DNA from: Novosphingopyxis sp.
Lineage (GTDB): Bacteria; Pseudomonadota; Alphaproteobacteria; Sphingomonadales; Sphingomonadaceae
Direction: 5' to 3'
Assembly: GCA_042090735.1 (NCBI GenBank)
Contig: JBELIU010000001.1
Span: 1-47,337 of the forward strand
DNA: 47,337 nucleotides
Positions 29,500 to 39,458 of this stretch are shown piece by piece. Position numbers and translations under genes: made by a program. The number at the start of each line of letters is the position of its first letter. Positions within the stretch are counted from its first letter, which is position 1. The notes under the pieces were generated by a model. The model was not told the DNA's origin, made no database searches, and worked only from the letters and a program-made list of their open reading frames with translations.

Positions 29500-30597
29500 T
29501 CACTCCTCGGAGCGGATGAGCACCGTCTCGCCCAGTAGAAGGAACAGCAGGAAAGGGGCCCAGGCGGCGATGAAAGGATCATAGGCCCCCAGATTGCCCA
29601 TCGCGAGCGCGAAATTATCGACCACGAAATAGGTGAAGCCCAGCGCCATGCCGATCACCACGCGTACGAATGTCTTGCCGGCGCGCGCGAGACCGAAGCC
29701 GGCAATCGAGCCAAGCAGCGGCATAAGGATCGAAGCGAGCGGGCCGGACAACTTGTGCCACCACGCCGCCTCCGCTGCCTTGACCGGGCGGCCGGCGGCT
29801 TTCTGCGCGTCGATGGCTTCACGCAGGGCCGCAAAGCCCAGCGTGTCGGCATCGAGCGAACTGATCGTGAAGCGGCTGGGCTCCACGCCCTGGCCGAACC
29901 GGATGGTGCGCGCGGAGTTGGTAGCGGCGTTCGCAACGGTAAAGGTCGTTGCCTCGTCGAGCGTCCAGGCGCCGTCCACCCAGCGCGCCACAGGCCCCTG
30001 CGTGAACGCCTGCAGCTCCCCGTTCGAACGGTCATTTATCCGCACGTCCTGCAGGATCATGGACGGGCCGCTGCCGATCACCGTCTTGGCATAGATAAGA
30101 TCGTTTCCGTCGAGCACCCACACATCGGTGCGTATGTCGCTTTGACGCGGAACCTGCGCATAATCGACCGCCTGCCAGGCCTTCAGCTTGGCGCTGGTGG
30201 GTGCCAGCACCTGATCGTTGAAGATGAAGGTCAACAGCGCGATACCGATGGCGGTCACCACCAGCGGCGCCAGGATCTGATGCGCGGAGAGACCCGCCGC
30301 CTTCATGGCCACGATCTCGCTGTTCTGATTCATGCCCGCCAGCATGATGAGTGTGCCGAGCAGGACCGAGAAGGGCAGGAACTGGGCCACCACTTGGGGC
30401 GTGCGCCAAGCGATATAGGTGATGATCTGGCTACTGCCATTGCCCGGCACCGCCAGGATATTGCTGCTCTGTCGCAGCAGATCGAGGCTCATCAGGATGA
30501 TGACGAGCATCGCCAGCACGGCGAAGATGCGCTTCAGGAACGTCTTGGCCATATACCAGGCCATCGAGGACGAGGGGAAGAATGCGAGCAGGTTCAC
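29500..30597 (-). CDS. lptG: LptG-family permease
   Basis: GTG 30597 overlaps the lptF stop; LPFSVLLG, SEIVAMKAAGLS, AAWAP. Confidence 0.88.
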   Translation of the reverse strand: MNLLAFFPSSSMAWYMAKTFLKRIFAVLAMLVIILMSLDLLRQSSNILAVPGNGSSQIITYIAWRTPQVVAQFLPFSVLLGTLIMLAGMNQNSEIVAMKAAGLSAHQILAPLVVTAIGIALLTFIFNDQVLAPTSAKLKAWQAVDYAQVPRQSDIRTDVWVLDGNDLIYAKTVIGSGPSMILQDVRINDRSNGELQAFTQGPVARWVDGAWTLDEATTFTVANAATNSARTIRFGQGVEPSRFTISSLDADTLGFAALREAIDAQKAAGRPVKAAEAAWWHKLSGPLASILMPLLGSIAGFGLARAGKTFVRVVIGMALGFTYFVVDNFALAMGNLGAYDPFIAAWAPFLLFLLLGETVLIRSEE

Positions 30598-31814
30598 GCC
30601 GAGGCCCCTTGCGCCTTGTCGCGGTGGCCAAAGCGGAAACGGCGGCGCAGCCATTTGCCGAACTTCTCGAACCGCTTCTCGATCGCGCCGATCGGTTGCC
30701 CGCCGGGCACATAAGCCAGGACATAGTACATCCAGACGATCAACGCGGTGAAGGCGAGGAACGGCAACCAGAGCGAGACGAACGGGCTCACCCGGCCAAG
30801 CGCGGCGACGCCCTCGCCGAATTCGTTCACCTTGTGATAGGTGACGATCAGAACCACCGATATCACGACGCCGAGCGCAGAGGTCGATCGCTTCGGCGGG
30901 ACCGCGAGCGATATGGCGAGCAGCGGGATCAGCAGCATCACTGCCAGCTCCACCGCGCGGAAATTGAAATTGGCGAACGCCGCGTTGCGCGTTTCCTTGC
31001 TGTAGGATGGGTCGTTCGCCACCCGCAGCAGCTCGAAGAAGGTGTTTTCCTGATCCTCCACCCCGCCGCGAAGGCGAAACTGCTGCATCGCGGGCAGATC
31101 GATCGGCAGATCCTGCATGCGGAACGTGAGTACGCGGGTACCCTCGAATTTTGGCGACTGCTGGATTGCCGTGCCGTTGCGCAGGCGCAAAAGCAGCAGA
31201 TTGGGGTCGGCGGTGCTGAGGAACTGTCCGCTCTGCGCGGTGGCGGTGAAATGATCGCCATTCTTCAAGCCGACATCGACGAAGATACCGCTGAGATCGG
31301 TACCGTTATCGCGGCTCTGCTCCACGCGAAGGGTGATATCGTCGCCCAGCTTGTTGAACTGCCCTACCTTGATCGATGCGCCGAGCGCGCCGGAGCGCAG
31401 ATCATATTGCAGCTGCTCATAATAATAGAGCGCATAGGGCTGGAGATAGCCGACAATCGCGACATTCACTGCAATGAGGCCAAAAGCGTAGAAATAAGGC
31501 ACGCGCAGCAACCGGCGATAACTGAAGCCGACGGCGCGCATCACATCCAGCTCCGAACTGGTGGCAAGACCGCGAAAAGCGAGGAGAATACCGAGCATCA
31601 AGGCGAGCGGGATCGCGACCGAGAAATATTCGGGCAAGAGGTTGGCAAGCATGCGAAAAACAACGCCCACCGGCCCGCCCTCGGCCGCCACGAAATCGAA
31701 CAGCCGCAGCATCTGATCGAGCACGAGCAGCATAGCCGCGATTACCAGGGTCGCGATCAGCGGAATCGCGATCTTTTTGGCGATGTAGCGGTCGTTGGCG
31801 GTCAGCAACTTCAA
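30594..31814 (-). CDS. lptF: LptF-family permease
   Basis: DRYI, IPLALMLG, SSELDVMRAVGFS, periplasmic jellyroll region. Confidence 0.88.
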   Translation of the reverse strand: MKLLTANDRYIAKKIAIPLIATLVIAAMLLVLDQMLRLFDFVAAEGGPVGVVFRMLANLLPEYFSVAIPLALMLGILLAFRGLATSSELDVMRAVGFSYRRLLRVPYFYAFGLIAVNVAIVGYLQPYALYYYEQLQYDLRSGALGASIKVGQFNKLGDDITLRVEQSRDNGTDLSGIFVDVGLKNGDHFTATAQSGQFLSTADPNLLLLRLRNGTAIQQSPKFEGTRVLTFRMQDLPIDLPAMQQFRLRGGVEDQENTFFELLRVANDPSYSKETRNAAFANFNFRAVELAVMLLIPLLAISLAVPPKRSTSALGVVISVVLIVTYHKVNEFGEGVAALGRVSPFVSLWLPFLAFTALIVWMYYVLAYVPGGQPIGAIEKRFEKFGKWLRRRFRFGHRDKAQGASA

Positions 31815-31941
31815 CTTATTGTCGTCCGATTTCCAAAATTCTGCCGCAATGGGCGCCGATATATGAGGAGCAAGAAGGCCATATCACCAGTGCACCGGCG
31901 TTTCGGGTGCCGCCGATATAGCCAAGAGAAGCGAGATAACC

Positions 31942-32442
31942 ATGAAATATTCCTATGCAGCAGCGGCCGTGTTCGGTGCCGTCCTGCTTGCGGCCGTTCC
32001 GGCGCAGGCGCAATATGCCCAGCGGATTTCGAACGACATGTCGAAATGTGACGGATCGCGCCCGGCGATGCTCGTGACCGTCGTCAATTTTAAAGGCGCG
32101 GTGAACCGCGTGCGCGTGGTCAGCTACCGCGCGCTGGAAAGCGATTGGTTGAAGAAAGACCGTTGGCTCAATCGCATCGACACGCCGGTAACCGGCAGGA
32201 CGATGAAATTCTGTATGCCGATGCCGGCCCCCGGCACTTATGCCGTCGGCGTGCGCCACGATTACAACGGCAATGACGATGACGATCCGTTCAAGGATGG
32301 TTGGGGCATGTCGAACAATCCTTCGATCGGACTCGGCGCGCTTCTGGCAGGCGGATCGTTCGGAAAACCCCCGGTCTCCAAGGCGGCGGTAAAGGTGGGC
32401 AGCGGTGTAACGCCGGTCACCATCAAGCTGAAATATCCGTGA
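31942..32442 (+). CDS. DUF2141 family exported protein
   Basis: Signal peptide; PGTYAVGVRHDYNGN...DGWGMSNNP. Confidence 0.85.
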   Translation: MKYSYAAAAVFGAVLLAAVPAQAQYAQRISNDMSKCDGSRPAMLVTVVNFKGAVNRVRVVSYRALESDWLKKDRWLNRIDTPVTGRTMKFCMPMPAPGTYAVGVRHDYNGNDDDDPFKDGWGMSNNPSIGLGALLAGGSFGKPPVSKAAVKVGSGVTPVTIKLKYP

Positions 32443-32503
32443 TCCAGTCGCTTGCGGCCGCCATTTGCTTTAAGGTGCAAGGCGGATCGCAGGGAGATGG
32501 ATC

Positions 32504-32896
32504 ATGAAATATGATCTCGAGCGGCGCCCGGTCCACCTGGGGCTGGGCGCCAGCGCTCATGTCGAACCGGAGTTCGGCGGCGCAATGGATTGGTACGAGG
32601 CGTACTCAGCCCGTCATGCATCGGACGGGGCCGAAGGGCGGCTGGTCACGGTTCACCGTTTCGCGGAGAGCTGGACGAGCTGGGAGATGCATCCCAATGG
32701 CTAGGAAGTGGTGCTGTGCCTGGAGGGCGCGGTCACGCTGATCCAGGACAAGCCTGACGGCCGTAGCGAAATCAGCCTCGGCAAAGGCGAATATGCGATA
32801 AATCCGCCGGGCGTCTGGCACACCGCCAATGTCGAGCGTGAGGCGGTGTGCCTCTTCATTACAACGGGGAAGGGCACTGAGCACCGCGCCAGATAA
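32504..32896 (+). pseudogene. Cupin-domain protein interrupted by in-frame TAG
   Basis: ...WTSWEMHPNG*EVVLCLEG...INPPGVWHTA...; TAG at 32702-32704 (codon 67), same frame on both sides. Confidence 0.85.
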
Positions 32897-32942
32897 GATG
32901 CGCCTTTAGACCCTGCCCAGGGAAATCCGGTCCGGGCGAAGC

Positions 32943-34142
32943 CTAGAGCACGCCCACCTTCTCGCCCGCGCGCTCGAACATGCCGAGGATATCGTCGACC
33001 TGCTCGCTGGAATGCTCGGCGCAGAGCGAGCAGCGCAGCAGCGTCATGTTCGCGGGCGTTGCCGGCGGGCGGGCAAGGTTTACGTAGAGCCCTTCGTTCA
33101 GAAGCGCCTCCCACATCGCCGCGCCGCGCTCCAGATCGGGCATGATCACCGCGATGATCGCGCTTTGCGGCTCTTCGGTGCCGAGCGTGAACCCGCGCTT
33201 TTTCAGCCCCGCATGCAATTTGCGAGAGTTTTCCCACAGATGCGCGCGCTTGTTGCCGCCATGCATGAGCTTGCGGATCGAGGTTGCCGCCGTCGCCACC
33301 ACGCTGGGCGGCAGCGATGCTGTGAAAACGTAGGGACGGCAGACTAGGCGCATCACTTCGAACTTCGGATGGTTCGAGACGCAGAAGCCGCCGACGGTGC
33401 CGACGCTCTTCGAAAAGGTGCCGATGATGAAATCGACGTCGTCGATCACGCCCTGCGCTTCGGAAACGCCGCGGCCGTTCTCGCCGATGAAACCCATGGA
33501 ATGCGCCTCGTCCACCAGTACCATCGCGCCGGCTTCCTTGGAAACGCGGATCATTTCCTTCAGTGGTGCAACATCGCCCAGCATCGAATAGACGCCTTCC
33601 AGCACCACCAGCTTGCCGGCATCTTCGGGCAGGCGCTTCAGGCGCTTTTCCAGCGCCTCGACATCGTTGTGGCGGAACGGCACGATCTGGGCGTTGCCCA
33701 TGGCGCAACCGTCGTAGATCGAGGCGTGGCTGTCGATATCCAGCAGGATGTAATCCTCCTTGCCGGCGATGGTCGAGATGATGCCCAGATTGGCCTGATA
33801 GCCCGTCGAAAACACCATCGCGTGGTCGAAGCCGTAGAATTCCTTCAGCGCCTCCTCGCACTCCTTATGGCCCTGATAGGTGCCGTTGAGCACGCGGCTG
33901 CCAGTGGTGCCCGAACCGAATTCCTCCAGCGCGGTCTTGCCTGCCTCGATCACGTCCGGATCGAACGTCATGCCCATATAGTTGTAGGTGCCGAGCAGGA
34001 TCGTCTCGCGGCCATTCACCACGGCGACGGTGGGCGACTTCACTTCTTCCATAACCAGCGAGAACGGATCGCGCTGGCCGGTGGAAAGCAGCTGCTCACG
34101 CTGATCGATCAGCGCATCGAATTTTGAGAAAAGATCGGTCAT
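32943..34142 (-). CDS. spt: Serine palmitoyltransferase
   Basis: AOS-family PLP enzyme: GTYNYMG, GTTGSRVLNG, SHAS, DEAHS, TFSKS; next to ACP. Start is 34142 (alternatives 34157, 34175). Confidence 0.93.
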   Translation of the reverse strand: MTDLFSKFDALIDQREQLLSTGQRDPFSLVMEEVKSPTVAVVNGRETILLGTYNYMGMTFDPDVIEAGKTALEEFGSGTTGSRVLNGTYQGHKECEEALKEFYGFDHAMVFSTGYQANLGIISTIAGKEDYILLDIDSHASIYDGCAMGNAQIVPFRHNDVEALEKRLKRLPEDAGKLVVLEGVYSMLGDVAPLKEMIRVSKEAGAMVLVDEAHSMGFIGENGRGVSEAQGVIDDVDFIIGTFSKSVGTVGGFCVSNHPKFEVMRLVCRPYVFTASLPPSVVATAATSIRKLMHGGNKRAHLWENSRKLHAGLKKRGFTLGTEEPQSAIIAVIMPDLERGAAMWEALLNEGLYVNLARPPATPANMTLLRCSLCAEHSSEQVDDILGMFERAGEKVGVL

Positions 34143-34236
34143 GAAGCCTGCATCCATTCGGGCGGAGCTTGCCAAGGCCCGGCCTTTTGAAAAAATAAAT
34201 TAGGCCCTGCGAAATGGTCAGGGCAACCGGCGTCGC

Positions 34237-34476
34237 TCAGTCGCCTTTCAGCTTGGCGACGGCGTCGACCAGCTGACCGACGGTCTCGATCTCGGCCTGC
34301 ATGTTCATGGTGATGACGATATCGAACCGGTCTTCGATCGCCGCAACGAAGTCCATCACGGTCAGACTGTCCCATTCCAGATCTTTCTGGAAGCTGGTTT
34401 CGCGCGTCACTTCAACGCCCTTGGCATTGAACGGCTCGATCTCTTCCTTGATCGCCTCGAACAGTTGGTCGGACAT
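34237..34476 (-). CDS. Acyl carrier protein associated with spt
   Basis: 79 aa acidic protein with LEWDSLTVMDFV phosphopantetheine motif. Confidence 0.92.
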   Translation of the reverse strand: MSDQLFEAIKEEIEPFNAKGVEVTRETSFQKDLEWDSLTVMDFVAAIEDRFDIVITMNMQAEIETVGQLVDAVAKLKGD

Positions 34477-34568
34477 GGATTTTGCCTTCGTTAGAGTGGG
34501 CGTGAGTGAATAGGCGCGTGGATTGGCAAGCGATTGCGGCAGGGTCAAGGCGGATGGACTGGCGCTGC

Positions 34569-35495
34569 TCAGAGCCAGCCCTGCCGGCGATACCATGTCG
34601 CCGTGGACGCCAGCCCTTCCTCTGTCCCGATCTGTGGCTGCCAGACCGATGCCGGCGGACGCCTCGCCGCATCGACGGTCCAGTCCGGATGGGCGAAGTA
34701 GCGCGCGCGATCAGGTGTCAGCTTGGCGTTCTTGCCGCGCACCAACCTGTCCGCATAACCGCCGAGCATCAGCAGCGACTTCGGGATCGAAAAGCTCTCG
34801 ATGCCGCGTCCCACCGCCTTGCCGATCAGTCCGCCGAAGCTGCGATGGCTCCACCCGCCGTCCTTGCCGTCGTCGACTTCGTAGACAACTCCGGTCGTCC
34901 GCTCGGCGGCAGGAACCAGCGCGACCAGCAGTCGCGCGAGATCATCGACATGGATCGCGGAGAGCCGGCCGCGCGGCGGCAGGAACATGAGGCCGCGCTT
35001 GGCCATCTTGAACATTTCCAGCATATCGCGGTCGCCGGGCCCATAGACCGCGGGCGGACGCACGGCAGTCCAGTCCAGTGTGGATGTCGCCACGATCCGC
35101 TCTCCGGCCAGTTTGGTCTCGCCATAGATCGAAAGCTTCGGCTGACGCGCGGCAAGGGAGGAAACGTGGACAAAGCGCCGCACGCCCTGATTTGTGGCAG
35201 CGGCAATCATGTTCCGGACGGCCGCCACATTGCCCTCCTCGAATCCTGCGCGATCAGGCGCGTTGGTGGCGCCAGCTATATGCACGACCGCGTCCACGCC
35301 GTCGCACAGGCGATCCAGTGCATCTTCGTTCGCCAGATCGCCCGCGATCCAGGTCACGCCTTCCCGCATGGGCTGATCGCGCCGGGTGAGGGCGCGTACG
35401 CGGTAACCCTCGTCCAGCGCTGCGGACAGCGTGGCGGCACCGACGAAGCCCGTCGCGCCGGTCATCGCGATCACTTTTCCGATGCCCGCGCCCAT
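34569..35495 (-). CDS. cerR: NAD-dependent epimerase/dehydratase-type SDR, putative ceramide reductase
   Basis: TGATGFVG, VSSLAA, YGETK, RPPAVYGPGD; directly upstream of acp-spt. Confidence 0.8.
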   Translation of the reverse strand: MGAGIGKVIAMTGATGFVGAATLSAALDEGYRVRALTRRDQPMREGVTWIAGDLANEDALDRLCDGVDAVVHIAGATNAPDRAGFEEGNVAAVRNMIAAATNQGVRRFVHVSSLAARQPKLSIYGETKLAGERIVATSTLDWTAVRPPAVYGPGDRDMLEMFKMAKRGLMFLPPRGRLSAIHVDDLARLLVALVPAAERTTGVVYEVDDGKDGGWSHRSFGGLIGKAVGRGIESFSIPKSLLMLGGYADRLVRGKNAKLTPDRARYFAHPDWTVDAARRPPASVWQPQIGTEEGLASTATWYRRQGWL

Positions 35496-35496
35496 C

Positions 35497-36636
<1,140 letters not shown>

Positions 36637-36687
36637 TTAGCCTTTGCAGCACGCCCACGCGCCCGTTATATCGCGCCCTCCTGGTGA

Positions 36688-36763
<76 letters not shown>

Positions 36764-36831
36764 GATCTCTCCGGCGCTCCCTACCTGCATCGACGGTTGA
36801 ACCACGCGGCGGAAATGCCGTCCCGCGGAGT

Positions 36832-37440
36832 CTAATCCGGCAGATCGATTGCTCGCAAGCGGTCCACCACTGCCTCCAGGCGCGCTTCGGCGAGGTCGCG
36901 GGCGCGGCTTCGGGGGAGACCGAGCGAGGAGGCGAGGGGGCCGCCCATGAGGGCATCGCCGAGCGCCATCAGCACCAGAGCCAGCGTGCTTTCCTGCAGC
37001 TCCTCGCCGATCAGCGGGGCCACGCTGAGCTGATCGACCAGATCGTGGATCGACTCGACGATCGGATCGAGCGCGTCCTCATTGCCCGACGCCAGCATCC
37101 ATGCCGCCAGCGCGCCGCCGCCCTCCTTATCGAACGCGTCGAACGTCAGATCGACGATATCGCGCGATGTCGCATTGCCAGCTCGCGTCTTCACCACCGT
37201 GGCCGCGATCGTGTCGCAGATCGAACGCGCGTGAAATGTCGCGAGCGCGCGTTGCAATCCCGACGCGCTGCCGAAATGGTGCAGCAGATTGGCGTGGGTC
37301 TTTCCAATCCGCGTCGCCACGGCCTTGAGCGTCACCGCCTGAGGGCCGCTTTCGAGCAGGATTTCGCGCGCGGCTTCCAAGGCGGCAAGGCGGCTTTCTT
37401 CCGGGCTCAACCGGCGGCGAGGCAAAGAGCTTATTGACAC
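36832..37440 (-). CDS. TetR/AcrR family transcriptional regulator
   Basis: RRLSPEESRLAALEAAREIL...VTLKAVATRIGKTHANLLHHFGS HTH. Confidence 0.93.
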   Translation of the reverse strand: MSISSLPRRRLSPEESRLAALEAAREILLESGPQAVTLKAVATRIGKTHANLLHHFGSASGLQRALATFHARSICDTIAATVVKTRAGNATSRDIVDLTFDAFDKEGGGALAAWMLASGNEDALDPIVESIHDLVDQLSVAPLIGEELQESTLALVLMALGDALMGGPLASSLGLPRSRARDLAEARLEAVVDRLRAIDLPD

Positions 37441-37479
37441 TCTTGTCAGTAGTCCTTAAATTTCATGAGTGTCAATAAG
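37430..37479. promoter_or_regulatory. Overlapping divergent promoters with operator TATTGACA-CTCT-TGTCAGTA (37432-37451) and a 13-bp inverted repeat
   Basis: CTTATTGACACTC (37430-37442) / GAGTGTCAATAAG (37467-37479); plus strand TTGACA-17-TAAATT; the site covers the tetR GTG start. Confidence 0.8.
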
Positions 37480-37518
37480 AGGCCAGATCCACTTCTGGCA
37501 ATGACGAAGGAGGTCAAT

Positions 37519-38421
37519 ATGGCTCTCGCAACTTTCAAAAATTTCATCCGTGGCAACGGCGTCGGCGCTCCGGCGGATCTTTCGATCACGCCGCGCAACC
37601 GCCGCTTCGGACGCGAAACCGTTTCCCAGACCCGTTGGTGGAATGGCGGCGATCCTTATGGGACGGCGTTCTACAACGCTCTGTCGGCCACCTTTCCACT
37701 GGGCGAGGCTTTCTTCGTGGAGAGCGTGAAGGCGTTCCGCGAGGGCGTGCCGGAGCGCTTGGCTCGCGAAATCCGCGCGTTCACCCAGCAGGAGGTGATG
37801 CACAGCCGCGAGCATCTCGCCTTCAATCGCCGCGCGGCCGACTCTGGCTATGATCTCTCCCGCCTGGAAAAGCGGGTCGAAGATCAGCTGGCGCTCACTG
37901 CAGACCGGCCGAAGATTGCCTCGCTGCTGGTTACGATCGCGCTGGAGCACTTCACCGCGATTATGGCCCATGAAGCGCTGAAGAACCCTGCGCATTTTGC
38001 GAGTGCCGAGCGCGAGACCGCGGATTTGTGGCGCTGGCATGCGATCGAGGAGATCGAGCATAAGGGCGTCGCCTTCGACGTCTGGCAGCACGCGTCGCGT
38101 GACTGGTCAGCCCTCAAGCGCTGGCAGATGCGCAGCTTTTCCATGCTGCTAACCTCGTTCCTGTTCGTGCGATATCGCTGGAGCGGAATGCTCGATTTGC
38201 TTGCGCAGGACGGTATCACCGGGCCGCGCGCCTGGTGGGGCCTGGCTCGTTTTGCGTTCGCACGTCCCGGAATGGTGCGCCGCATTGCGCTTCCCTGGCT
38301 CGCTTACTTCCTCCCGGGCTTCCATCCCTGGCAGGAAGATGACCGGGCCTTGATCGATCTGGCGGAAAGCGAGTACGAAGCTGCCGTTTCTACGCGCCGG
38401 GAACCGGCTGCGGCGATGTAA
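37519..38421 (+). CDS. Predicted metal-dependent hydrolase (PF10118-type, ferritin-like ExxH motifs), copy 1
   Basis: AAGGAGG then ATG; NALSATFPLGEAFFVESV, QQEVMHSREH, LEHFTA, WHAIEEIEHK, PGFHPW. Confidence 0.9.
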   Translation: MALATFKNFIRGNGVGAPADLSITPRNRRFGRETVSQTRWWNGGDPYGTAFYNALSATFPLGEAFFVESVKAFREGVPERLAREIRAFTQQEVMHSREHLAFNRRAADSGYDLSRLEKRVEDQLALTADRPKIASLLVTIALEHFTAIMAHEALKNPAHFASAERETADLWRWHAIEEIEHKGVAFDVWQHASRDWSALKRWQMRSFSMLLTSFLFVRYRWSGMLDLLAQDGITGPRAWWGLARFAFARPGMVRRIALPWLAYFLPGFHPWQEDDRALIDLAESEYEAAVSTRREPAAAM

Positions 38422-38426
38422 TCGGC

Positions 38427-38461
38427 TTGGCAAGTTGCTCCGAAATGGACCAATTTGCCAA
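38427..38461 (+). terminator. Hairpin after hydrolase copy 1
   Basis: TTGGCAAGTTG...CAATTTGCCAA 11-bp stem (one G-U) with inner TCC/GGA; weak U-tract. Confidence 0.5.
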
Positions 38462-38551
38462 ATCTTCCAGCCCGTTAACCAAGCCCGTTATCCCTGCGTT
38501 ACGCTTGCTAATGTCTAATGCCCCCAGACGGTTGTCGTGTGGGGGATTATC

Positions 38552-39451
38552 ATGGCGAAGCATCAGGAGGCGGTAACACCATCAATCAAGCGAAGAAGCT
38601 TTCGCTATGATCGCACCCAAACCCCCGTTCGGCACTGGCTGGGCGGGGACCCCGTTGCGACATCCTTCTTCAATTCGCTTTCCGTCGTCTTTCCCAAGGG
38701 TGAGGCTTTCTTCATCGATTGCCTGCGCCCTTGGCAGCAGCGCGCCGGCAAAAAACTGGGCGGAGAAATCCGCGAATTCATCCGTCAGGAAGCGCTGCAT
38801 GGGCGCGAGCATATCGCCCTCAATCGCGGCATTGCCGCGGGCGGCTATGATGTGAGCGCGCTCGAGGCGGTGGTTGACGAAGTGATCGACTCCGCGCGTG
38901 CCAAGCATGCGATTGCGCGGCTCACCTACACGATGTGTTTCGAGCATCTGACAGCGATCCTGTCCTCATCCATTCTGAAAAACGAAAAGGTAATGGAGCA
39001 GGCGGCGCCCGAGATGCAGCGCATCTGGTTCTGGCATGCTGTCGAGGAGATCGAGCATAAAGGCGTCTGCTTCGACACCTGGATGCTGGCGACAGAGGAG
39101 TGGTCTTCGCTCCGGCGTTACTGGACCCGCTGTGTGAGCCTGGCGCTGATTTCGGCTGGCTTTGTCAAAAACCGGATCCGGGGCCAGATGAATTTGTTGC
39201 GACAGGACGGCTGGAACGCGCGCAAATCGCTGCCCGCCATCCTGCGCTGCGCTTTTGGGAGGGAAGGCTTGGGGCGCGCGGTGATGCGTGACTGGATCAG
39301 GTTCTTCAAGCCCGGCTTTCATCCTTGGCAGATCGACGATCGCGATCTGATCCCAATGGGCGAATCGGTGTTTGCCGATGCCGCAAGCTCGGCTTCCGCG
39401 GTCGAACCGGCCGAAGCCGTCGAACCGCAGGATATCGCCCACGCAGCCTGA
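38552..39451 (+). CDS. Predicted metal-dependent hydrolase (PF10118-type), copy 2
   Basis: NSLSVVFPKGEAFFID, RQEALHGREH, FEHLTA, WHAVEEIEHK, PGFHPW. Confidence 0.9.
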   Translation: MAKHQEAVTPSIKRRSFRYDRTQTPVRHWLGGDPVATSFFNSLSVVFPKGEAFFIDCLRPWQQRAGKKLGGEIREFIRQEALHGREHIALNRGIAAGGYDVSALEAVVDEVIDSARAKHAIARLTYTMCFEHLTAILSSSILKNEKVMEQAAPEMQRIWFWHAVEEIEHKGVCFDTWMLATEEWSSLRRYWTRCVSLALISAGFVKNRIRGQMNLLRQDGWNARKSLPAILRCAFGREGLGRAVMRDWIRFFKPGFHPWQIDDRDLIPMGESVFADAASSASAVEPAEAVEPQDIAHAA

Positions 39452-39458
39452 AGATTTT

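Noticed and set aside
26623-32704. Alternative genetic code (stop-codon reassignment)
   Set aside because: TAA and TAG both terminate many intact genes here (purL, der, spt, bcerS), and the two lesions use different stop codons.
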